NCBI GenBank assembly: GCA_963555995.3
Contig: OY821641.1
Location: forward strand, 256,001-320,000
Source of the DNA: Vicinamibacteria bacterium
Lineage (GTDB): Bacteria; Acidobacteriota; Vicinamibacteria; Marinacidobacterales; Marinacidobacteraceae
Direction of reading: 5' to 3'
DNA: 64,000 bases
Shown here: piece after piece, positions 28,243 to 35,865 of the stretch
How positions within the stretch are numbered: position 1 is the first letter of the stretch
Layout of the letters: each line of letters begins with the position of its first letter
Notes under the pieces: generated by a model
Told to the model about the DNA's origin: nothing
Databases searched by the model: none
The model's input: only the letters and a program-made list of their open reading frames with translations
Translations under genes and position numbers: made by a program

Positions 28243-29067
28243 TCAAACCTGGCACCTCGGGCAGTAGAAGGAGGACCGGCCCGCGATCGGGATGCGGGCG
28301 ATCACCCCCCGCCGGCACCGCGGGCAGGCGTCGCCCTCGCGGCCATAGACGAAGAAACGGGCCGAGGTGCTCTGCCGGCCGGCCTCGCCGTCGCTCAGGT
28401 AGAGGATCTCGGGAGTCCGGGTGCTGCGGATCGAGCGGCGCAGCGTCCAGCGGATCGCGCGCTGGAGCTTCGCGGCCTCCCGGTCTCCGAGTTCGGCCGC
28501 GTTCCGCGCCGGGTGGATACCGGCGCGCCAGAGCGCCTCGGCCGCCTGGATGTTGCCGATCCCGGCGATCCGGTCCTGGTCCATGAGGAGCGACTTCACC
28601 GGCCGGCGGCTCGCGCGGAGCAGCGCCGCGAGACACTTTCCCGTGAATGCCGGTCCGAGGGGTTCCGCGCCGAGGCGGGCAAGCCGTTCTTCATCTGCCG
28701 GAAGACATACCGAGAAGTGGCCGAAGCGCCGCTTGTCCGAGAAGAGCACCCGCCGCCCGCCGGCGATCCCGAGCGCCGCGCGGACTGCCGGCGGCTCGGC
28801 GTCGCCGGACTGGCGGAGCGCCCACTTGCCGCTCATGCCGAGGTGGCTGAGCAGCGCCGGGTCGCCCTCCCGGAACTCGATGCGCAGGAACTTGCCGCGC
28901 CGCCGGACCGCCGCCACCACCCGACCCTCGGCCGCCGCCCGGATCGCGCTCTCCGCCTGTCCCCGCCGGGTGAGTGGGTCGGGAACCGAGACCTCCCGCA
29001 GCCGTTTCCCGGCGAGCCAGGTGGTCAGGTTCTCGCGGTTCGCTTCCGCTTCCGGCAGTTCCGGCAA
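28243..29067 (-). CDS. mutM: Formamidopyrimidine-DNA glycosylase
   Basis: N-terminal PELPE, RRGKFL, HLGMSG, LMDQ..IAGIGNI, C4 zinc finger. Confidence 0.95.
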   Translation of the reverse strand: MPELPEAEANRENLTTWLAGKRLREVSVPDPLTRRGQAESAIRAAAEGRVVAAVRRRGKFLRIEFREGDPALLSHLGMSGKWALRQSGDAEPPAVRAALGIAGGRRVLFSDKRRFGHFSVCLPADEERLARLGAEPLGPAFTGKCLAALLRASRRPVKSLLMDQDRIAGIGNIQAAEALWRAGIHPARNAAELGDREAAKLQRAIRWTLRRSIRSTRTPEILYLSDGEAGRQSTSARFFVYGREGDACPRCRRGVIARIPIAGRSSFYCPRCQV

Positions 29068-29087
29068 GAGAACGTTCGGGAGGCACG

Positions 29088-31028
29088 TCAGCCGCCGCTC
29101 AGGATTTCGCTGACGGCGCGGTGGGCCTGGTCAATGGCGGACTGGGTGTAGGCGTAGGCGCCGGCGTCGGAGTTCGCGATCCGGATCCGGCCGAAGGGCC
29201 GGCGGCCGATCTCGTTGGGGGCCTCCCCGGGGGCGAAGGGCGGGTCCCACAGGGAGTTGAACTCGAAGGCGTAGCCGTGCGGCCAGCGGTTCACGGTGAG
29301 TCCCAGGATGTCGCGGGCCGGATCGAAGCCTCCGGGACCGAGGGCTCGCCCGAGCTGGCTCCGGGTCTCGCGTTCGAAGGTCTCGAAGCCCATTTCCAGC
29401 AGTTCGTGCTGTCCCGCGGCGTGCTGCACGCGGGCGCTGGCGCCGGGGAGACAGGGCGTGCGCACCGTGTGGAGCACGATGAGGTCCTCGGGACCGCTCG
29501 AGAAGTCGTAGCCCCCGATGCTCACCGGAAAATCGAGCGAGACGCTGGCGTGGAATCCGGCGGGGAAGTAGATGTTCGAGGTTCCCAGCGCAACGAACGA
29601 GGTCCAGTTCCGGATCAGGACGTTCGAATAGACGAGGGGCACCTTCGGGGGATAGGCGAGCGCCTCGCGCTGCTCCTCGGGGAGTTCGGGGAGCAGGTAG
29701 GGAATCACCCGGTTGTAACAGGCGAGGACGACGTGGCCCGCGTGGACCCGGGTCTCGGCGCCGTCCCGGACATAGGTGACGCTGGCCGGCGCGGCGCCGC
29801 CGTCCCGTACCCGGACCGCGGTGCTGTTGAGGCGGATGCGGCAGGGCGAATCGGGACGGTCGAGGGCGCCGTAATCAAGCCGCGCCTCGACGATGTCCTC
29901 CTGGGTGCTGCCCGCGGCGGCGCCCGGCACCAGCTTGCGCACCAGTAGCCGCGCGAGGGTGGCGTTCCCGTCCGGGAAGTGGAAGATGTAGGGGTCCGGG
30001 TCCTCGTTCGGCTTCGCCGTCAGGCTGAGCCGGGGATGGTCTCCCGCCGAGAGACCCATGTCCTGGAACCCTGGGTAGCCAAGGCCCCAGAGATCGAGCG
30101 CGGGAACCCCGTCCGGCCCCATGCCGAAGAGCCCGTGGGTGCGCTGCCGGTAGAGCGCCTGGATCTCGGCGCCCATCCCGAGCGCCTCGAGGAAGGCCTC
30201 GTAGCTGGTGGCGGCGAGTTGCTGCTTCTTGGCCTTTTCGTCGAGATCGGGCCACGGATCCCCCGGGGCCTCGTAGAGCCGAACCAACTCGGCGCGCCCG
30301 GCCTCGCTCAACGGGGTCTCGGCGGCGAACTCGGCGACGGGGCGCCGCCCCATGCCGGTGACCAGACGGTCCTCGCCGAAGTCCTCGCTGCCGAAGAAGA
30401 CCGAGTTCCGGAGTCCGTGGGACCGGTAGAGATCGCGGTCGAAGGCGGTGAAGAAGACGTCGAGGTCCACCCCCAGATCGTCCAGCAGGCCGTTCACCAC
30501 CGGGGTGAAGGTGGAGGGGGAGTCGAGGGACTGGGTGCCGCCGTAGCCGAGCACGGTGCGGCCATCGTGGGTGAACTCGTTCCGCTTCGCGTGGCCGCCG
30601 AAGTCGTCGTGGTTGTCGAGGATCAGGATCCGCGCCTCCGGGAACGACTTGCGGTAGAACCACGCCGCGCTGAGGCCGCTGATGCCGCCTCCCACCACCA
30701 CCAGGTCGAAACTCCCCCCGTCGGCGGCGCTCGAGTCGTCCCAGGACCCGCCGTTCTCCACCCGGTCGCGCAGCTCGTGGGCGACCTCGAAGGAACCCGG
30801 ATGGCTGCCCCGCAGCCCGGTCAGCGCGGGAGGATAGGGGCCGCTCGGCGCGGGCGCGGTACAGGCGCCGAGCAGCCAGCCGGAGGCCCCCGGCAGCGCG
30901 AGCGCCCCCACGCCCACCGGTAGCCCGTTCAGGAAGTCCCGGCGGCTGATCTTCCGGTGCATCCCGAGTTCGCGGTCGCTCCTCCGGGTCTGGCCGGCGG
31001 CAGGAACGGGGTCTCGATCCCTGGTCAT
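29088..31028 (-). CDS. spdH: Spermidine dehydrogenase-like flavoprotein (Tat)
   Basis: ISRRDFLNG, YPPALTGLRGSHPGSFE, VVGGGISG, NHDDFGGHAKRNEF, HFPDGNA, VNRWPHGYA. Confidence 0.8.
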   Translation of the reverse strand: MTRDRDPVPAAGQTRRSDRELGMHRKISRRDFLNGLPVGVGALALPGASGWLLGACTAPAPSGPYPPALTGLRGSHPGSFEVAHELRDRVENGGSWDDSSAADGGSFDLVVVGGGISGLSAAWFYRKSFPEARILILDNHDDFGGHAKRNEFTHDGRTVLGYGGTQSLDSPSTFTPVVNGLLDDLGVDLDVFFTAFDRDLYRSHGLRNSVFFGSEDFGEDRLVTGMGRRPVAEFAAETPLSEAGRAELVRLYEAPGDPWPDLDEKAKKQQLAATSYEAFLEALGMGAEIQALYRQRTHGLFGMGPDGVPALDLWGLGYPGFQDMGLSAGDHPRLSLTAKPNEDPDPYIFHFPDGNATLARLLVRKLVPGAAAGSTQEDIVEARLDYGALDRPDSPCRIRLNSTAVRVRDGGAAPASVTYVRDGAETRVHAGHVVLACYNRVIPYLLPELPEEQREALAYPPKVPLVYSNVLIRNWTSFVALGTSNIYFPAGFHASVSLDFPVSIGGYDFSSGPEDLIVLHTVRTPCLPGASARVQHAAGQHELLEMGFETFERETRSQLGRALGPGGFDPARDILGLTVNRWPHGYAFEFNSLWDPPFAPGEAPNEIGRRPFGRIRIANSDAGAYAYTQSAIDQAHRAVSEILSGG

Positions 31029-31185
31029 CGCGCCTTCAATCTTCCCACTTTCCGGCGCGGCCTGGTTCGCCGTCCGATAAAGTGGCCGTTCCGCTCCGTC
31101 CTTCCGGCGGCCGTTCCTTGCAACCAGCGAAGTCCCGACCCGAGACGCTCCGCGTCCTCTCCACACTCGCCGGAGAGTGCAGGTG

Positions 31186-32352
31186 ATGCGGCGCCGCCGG
31201 TTCCTGACTTCGGTCGCGGGTGTCGCGGTGGTCTCGGGCTACCGCGGAATCCCGGCGGCCGCGCGGCTCAACGGACGGATCGGCGTCGTCGGCGGGGGCA
31301 TCCTGGGGTGCTCCATCGCGCTCCACCTCGCGCGCCGGGGCGCCGACGTCACCGTCTTCGAGCGCGAGGGGCCCGCGGCCGGCGCCACCGGGAACTCCTT
31401 CGCCTGGATGAACGCCAGTTTCTTGAAGCGTCCGCACTCGTACCACGAACTGAACTGGCGGGGCCTCCAGGGCTGGCGGCGGCTCGAGGCCGAACTCGGC
31501 GGCGCGCTCGAGGTGAGCTGGGGCGGCAGCCTGGAGTACCGCATCGAGGCCGATCGCGTGCGGCTCCTTCACGAGCAGCTCGCGCGGAGTCAGCGCTGGG
31601 GCTATCCCATCCATCAGGTGGACGAAGCCCGGTTCCGCGAACTCGAGCCGGGACTGACCCCGGAGGGGCCGGTCCTCGCGGCGATCTGGGCGAGCGCCGA
31701 GGGACACATCGAGCCGCGTTCGGCGACCCGCGCGCTCTGGGCGACGGCCGAGGCCGCCGGGGCGAGATTCCTGATTGCCGAGGTGGAGGCGTTGGACATC
31801 GGCTATGGCGTCCTGCGGGGTGTCCGGACGTCGGCCGGCGACCATGAACTCGACACGCTGGTCCTCGCGGCCGGCGTTCAGGCGCCCGGGCTGGCGCGCC
31901 AGGCGGGGGTCGCCGTGCCCCTCATCGAGTCCCCGGGCATCCTTGCCCATTCGACTCCGGCGAAGTCGGTGGTGAACCGGATCGTGTTGGCGCCGAACAT
32001 CCACGTGAAGCAGGCCGCCGGAGGCAAGGTGGTGGCCGGCGTCGGCTTTGCGGGCGCGGGTTCGACGGACCACTCGCGCGCGGTGGGCGAGGAGATCTTC
32101 CGGGAGACCGCCAAGGTCCTCCCGGCGGCGGCCGGCCTCGATGTGGACGAGGTCAGCCTTGGCTACCGGGTGCTACCCAGCGACGGACACCCGATTGTCG
32201 GTTTCGATCCGGCGGCGCCCGGCATCTACTTCGCTTCGATGCACAGCGGGATCACCATGGCCCCCGTCATGGGGATGTTCGCCGCCATGGAGATCCTCGA
32301 CGACGTCGAAGTCACCCTGTTGTCGGACTACCGGCTGGCGCGGTTCGCGTAG
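31186..32352 (+). CDS. Tat-exported FAD-dependent oxidoreductase (glycine/D-amino acid oxidase family)
   Basis: MRRRRFL signal, VVGGGILG, GATGNSFAW, R.LPSDGHPIVG, MHSGIT. Confidence 0.85.
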   Translation: MRRRRFLTSVAGVAVVSGYRGIPAAARLNGRIGVVGGGILGCSIALHLARRGADVTVFEREGPAAGATGNSFAWMNASFLKRPHSYHELNWRGLQGWRRLEAELGGALEVSWGGSLEYRIEADRVRLLHEQLARSQRWGYPIHQVDEARFRELEPGLTPEGPVLAAIWASAEGHIEPRSATRALWATAEAAGARFLIAEVEALDIGYGVLRGVRTSAGDHELDTLVLAAGVQAPGLARQAGVAVPLIESPGILAHSTPAKSVVNRIVLAPNIHVKQAAGGKVVAGVGFAGAGSTDHSRAVGEEIFRETAKVLPAAAGLDVDEVSLGYRVLPSDGHPIVGFDPAAPGIYFASMHSGITMAPVMGMFAAMEILDDVEVTLLSDYRLARFA

Positions 32353-32375
32353 CGCGCCTCCGGTTCCGCTGATCG

Positions 32376-32522
32376 GCGCCGGACGGACGATTCCCTGAAC
32401 GCGGTTGGGTTCGGATTCCAGCCAACCCCCCTTCGGGCTGCCGCTTGGGGATGGGTGGGTCTTCGCGCGACAGCCCCCGGCAACGCCGGACGCCGGATGT
32501 AAGGAGGTGAACTTTCCAGCGC
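32376..32522 (-). ncRNA. Candidate structured sRNA carrying a 16S rRNA 3'-end/anti-SD mimic
   Basis: Extended -10 upstream; 5' GCGCUGGA pairs with 3' UCCGGCGC; contains UCACCUCCUUA; several internal hairpins. Confidence 0.5.
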
Positions 32523-32528
32523 AGCGGG

Positions 32529-32539
32529 AATATACCACA
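32529..32539 (-). promoter_or_regulatory. Extended -10 promoter TGTGGTATATT
   Basis: TG-n-TATATT in a very GC-rich context, pointing into a convergent intergenic region with no downstream minus-strand gene. Confidence 0.5.
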
Positions 32540-32562
32540 TCCGGAGGCCCATAAGCCACCAG

Positions 32563-33522
32563 TTACCGGCTGTCATAGGCCCGGAAAACGACCTCCAGAT
32601 CGCGCCGCGCGGTCTCGAAATCGGAACGTGGTCGGCGCGCGGGATTACGGACCGACCGGAGGAAATCCTGGGCCATCGCGCGAAACCCCATGAGGTCCTG
32701 GAGCGGTCCCGCACGGAACGCGAATCGCCGCCCCGCGCGCAAGGCGAGGTAGAGCCCGTTGCTCTCGAAGACGATGCGGCCGTCCTCGCCTTCCACGAAC
32801 GAGTGCTGGAGGATTCCTCCCGGGAGCGAGGGGGTGTTCCAGCCGTAGCGGACTTCGGCGCGGGTTCCGGACGGGTACTCGAGTTCGAGGAGAGCGTGCC
32901 GCTCCGGCTCGCCTCCGCCCGGAAAGTCCGCCCGCACCACGGCCGGCTCGGCCCCGACGATGGCGCCGAGGAGCGCGACGAAATGGATGCCGCCCTCGAG
33001 CAGGGTGCCGTGCCCGATCCGCCAGCCGGTGGGTTGCTGCCGGGTGAGCTTCGACACCCGCACCCGGCGCAGCGGCCCGATCTCCGGGAGCCATCCTCGG
33101 AGGCGGTCCAGGGACGGCTTGTAGAGGTAGTTCTCCGCGACCGTCAGGGCGCCGGGCGGCCGCCCGATCAGGGCGCGGCCGATCGCTTCGACTTCGGCGC
33201 GTGAACGCGCCATCGGTTTTTCGACGAGGACCGACTTGCCGGCTTCGAGTGCGGCGACTGTCTGGGCGGCGTGGTGTTCGAGCGGCGAGCAGATGGCGAC
33301 CGCCGCGATGTCCGGACGCTCCAGAGCCTCCTCGAAACCGGCGAGCGCCTTGCCGGAGAACCGCGCCGCGAGGGCCCGGGCCGAATCGGGACTCCGGCTG
33401 GTGAACGCGAGTTGCGCGCGCCGCGTGAGGTTGGCCGCGTGCACGCGGGCGATCCGGCCGCAACCGACGATGGCGACCGCCGGAACCCCGGGGGCGGCGT
33501 ACGCGTCAGGCTCTCCGGTCAA
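32563..33522 (-). CDS. Gfo/Idh/MocA family oxidoreductase
   Basis: IVGCGRIA, AGKSVLVEKPMA, LLEGGIHF; TTG overlaps the GMC stop. Confidence 0.87.
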   Translation of the reverse strand: MTGEPDAYAAPGVPAVAIVGCGRIARVHAANLTRRAQLAFTSRSPDSARALAARFSGKALAGFEEALERPDIAAVAICSPLEHHAAQTVAALEAGKSVLVEKPMARSRAEVEAIGRALIGRPPGALTVAENYLYKPSLDRLRGWLPEIGPLRRVRVSKLTRQQPTGWRIGHGTLLEGGIHFVALLGAIVGAEPAVVRADFPGGGEPERHALLELEYPSGTRAEVRYGWNTPSLPGGILQHSFVEGEDGRIVFESNGLYLALRAGRRFAFRAGPLQDLMGFRAMAQDFLRSVRNPARRPRSDFETARRDLEVVFRAYDSR

Positions 33523-35039
33523 GACGTTCTCCGGTTCACGATCCCCTCCGCGATCCGGAGGGCTCCGGCCGCAATTGTGAGACTGGGGTTGACCCCTCCG
33601 GAAGCGGGGAAGGTGCTGCCGTCGGTGACGAAGAGGTTGTCGAGCCCGCGTACCCGGCCCGCCGGGTCGAGCGGCGCGTCCTCCCCCCCGTTTCCCATCC
33701 GGACCGTGCCCACCGCATGGGAGAACGAGGAAATGGGCCAGACGTGGGTGGCGAGCGCGCCCGCCGCGCGGAGGATCTGCCGCGCCCGCCGCACGAGCGA
33801 CTGCAACCGGTCGTGGTCGGCCCTCCGGTAGCGGTGCTCGACCCGAATCCGCTGCATGCCGAACGCGTCCGTCCCGTCTTCCAGATACACCCGGTTGGCC
33901 GGGTCCGGTTCGTCCTCCGCGACGCAGAGGAGATTCTGGAGCCGGTTCACGACCGGCTTCGCGAGGAAAGCGCCGGCGACCTTCCCGGCGGCTCGCCGGA
34001 CGACGCCGGCGTCCGGGGTGTAGATGTCCTGGATCACTCCCACCGCGCGGCCGTCCCGCTCCCGCGCTTCTTCGTAGAAGTCGGTGAAACAGACCTGTTT
34101 GTGGAACACCTGTTCCGGGTTCGTGCGGAAGGGGAAGAGCCCGGCGACCACCGCGTTGCAGTGCCGCATGAGGAACCGGCCGACGGGAAGCGCCTCCGCG
34201 CCATCTCCGCCAACGCCGGACCGGAGGAGGATCGCCGGGCTGCCGAGGGCGCCGGCGGCGAGCACGAAGAGGGGCGCCTCGAACGAAACCGGCTCGCCCG
34301 ATTCCTGATCGAAGCACTCGGCGCCGACCGCCCGTGCGCGACGGATCCGAAGCCTCGAGACCACGATTCCGGCACGGACCGCGAGGCCCTTCCCCGCGGC
34401 GCGGCGCAGGATTCCGGCGGCGTCGTTCTTGGCTTCGATGGCGCAGGGGAAGCCGTCGCAGGTGTTGCAGCGCACACACCGGGGCCCGTCCGCCCCCGAG
34501 AAGTTGATTGCCAGCGGGATCGGGAACGGTCGAAAACCGAGTCGCTCGCCCGCCCGCCGGATACGTTCGGCCGGCGCCGACCAGGGAATGGAGGCGAAGG
34601 GATAGGGCCCCGACCGCGGGGGTTCGAGGGGATCGGCGCCTGCGGCGCCGTGGACGCCGAGCAGCCGCTCCGCCTCCGTGTAGAAGGGCTCCAGATCGCG
34701 GTAATCCAAGGGCCAGCGGCCGAAGTCCGGGGGCCGGAGCCGGAGCGAGGCGCCGCCGTAGAACACCGACATCCCGCCGACCGTCTCGTTCATGGGGAGC
34801 GGGCGAAACCGGCGATCGCCGGGTTGCCGCACCGAAAGGGGCGTCTGCCCCCGGTAGCGGAGGTCGCTCAGGATCGCCCGCGGGTTCCAGTCACCCTCGT
34901 CCCGGTGCGGCCAGCGCCCCCGCTCGAGGACCAGCACCCGGGCCCCGGCCTCGGTGAGCCGGTGGGCCGCAAGCGCTCCACCGAGGCCGGAGCCGATGAC
35001 GATCGCGTCCCAGCCGGCGGCGTCGTCCGAGCGGGACAC
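33519..35039 (-). CDS. GMC family oxidoreductase
   Basis: IGSGLGG, VGGMSVFYGG, CVRCNTCDGFPC, LAAGALGSP.ILLRS, HAVGTVRMG, GVNPSLTI. Confidence 0.92.
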   Translation of the reverse strand: MSRSDDAAGWDAIVIGSGLGGALAAHRLTEAGARVLVLERGRWPHRDEGDWNPRAILSDLRYRGQTPLSVRQPGDRRFRPLPMNETVGGMSVFYGGASLRLRPPDFGRWPLDYRDLEPFYTEAERLLGVHGAAGADPLEPPRSGPYPFASIPWSAPAERIRRAGERLGFRPFPIPLAINFSGADGPRCVRCNTCDGFPCAIEAKNDAAGILRRAAGKGLAVRAGIVVSRLRIRRARAVGAECFDQESGEPVSFEAPLFVLAAGALGSPAILLRSGVGGDGAEALPVGRFLMRHCNAVVAGLFPFRTNPEQVFHKQVCFTDFYEEARERDGRAVGVIQDIYTPDAGVVRRAAGKVAGAFLAKPVVNRLQNLLCVAEDEPDPANRVYLEDGTDAFGMQRIRVEHRYRRADHDRLQSLVRRARQILRAAGALATHVWPISSFSHAVGTVRMGNGGEDAPLDPAGRVRGLDNLFVTDGSTFPASGGVNPSLTIAAGALRIAEGIVNRRTS

Positions 35040-35055
35040 GGCCCGAAGGCGTCCG

Positions 35056-35859
35056 TTACCCGGCGGCGCCGGCCTCGAGGAAGGCGGTGGCGGCGACCGC
35101 CAGGATCAGGACCCAGGCGCCGTAGTGGAAGCCTTCGCGCCGAAAGGACTCCATCCGGGGCAGGTCGGGCCGGAACTTCCCGGACATGTTCCGCTGGATG
35201 TAGGTCTTGTAGTACTCCACGAGGAACCGCTCCAGCCCCCCGTTCATGTAGATCAGGATCCCGAGCGCGACGGGCTCGCCGGGTGTCCGGAGCCAGAAGA
35301 AGAGCGGCGAAGCGACGGCAAGCGTAAGCCCGGAGCGGAAGAACTTGAGGGTGTGGAACCCCTCGAAGGGGGCGTCCTTCCAGGCGCCGCCTCCCGAGAC
35401 CAGCAGGCCGGTCAGGTAGGCGACCACCAGATAGGCCCAGAAGCCGGTCACCGGCGTCCCGAGGAAGAGCACCGCGATGACGCCGGAGACGAGCACGACG
35501 CCCGCGGCGGCCCGGAGCGCGCGGCTCCTCACCGGCCGTCCGAGGATCGTGAGCGCCGAGGGGACGAAGTACTTCTCCTGTGGCTCCTCCCGGAAGCAGC
35601 CCTTGTGGAGTTCGGTGAGGAAGCGTTCGAGCCCCATCACCAGGAAGAAGAGCTGGACCAGTCCCAGTTCGGCCACCCGTTCGCGAAGGACGGGAACCGC
35701 GAGCAGGAACGCGAAGATGACGAGCGAGAACAGGACGCTGCGCGGAAACGTGCGCGGCTTGAACCCTTCCCAGGGCGAGTCCTTGAACCCGCCCCACAAA
35801 GAGGTGTAGAGCCCCGAAAGGAGCGAAACCACCAGCCCGCCGAGGATCCCGGCGCTCAT
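35056..35859 (-). CDS. Hypothetical integral membrane protein with internal duplication
   Basis: Several TM segments; repeated GGFKDSPWEGF..FPRS / GGAWKDAPFEGF..FFRS and GLERFLTELHK / GLERFLVEYYK. Confidence 0.75.
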   Translation of the reverse strand: MSAGILGGLVVSLLSGLYTSLWGGFKDSPWEGFKPRTFPRSVLFSLVIFAFLLAVPVLRERVAELGLVQLFFLVMGLERFLTELHKGCFREEPQEKYFVPSALTILGRPVRSRALRAAAGVVLVSGVIAVLFLGTPVTGFWAYLVVAYLTGLLVSGGGAWKDAPFEGFHTLKFFRSGLTLAVASPLFFWLRTPGEPVALGILIYMNGGLERFLVEYYKTYIQRNMSGKFRPDLPRMESFRREGFHYGAWVLILAVAATAFLEAGAAG

Positions 35860-35865
35860 CGGGAG

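Noticed and set aside
32495-32530. Fragment of an rRNA operon, or a canonical 6S RNA call
   Set aside because: Similarity to 16S is confined to about 25 nt with indels, and flanking 16S helices are absent. The paired CCUGA/UUCA(A/G)GG arms and the usual 6S gene context are not evident, so it is kept as an unclassified RNA candidate.
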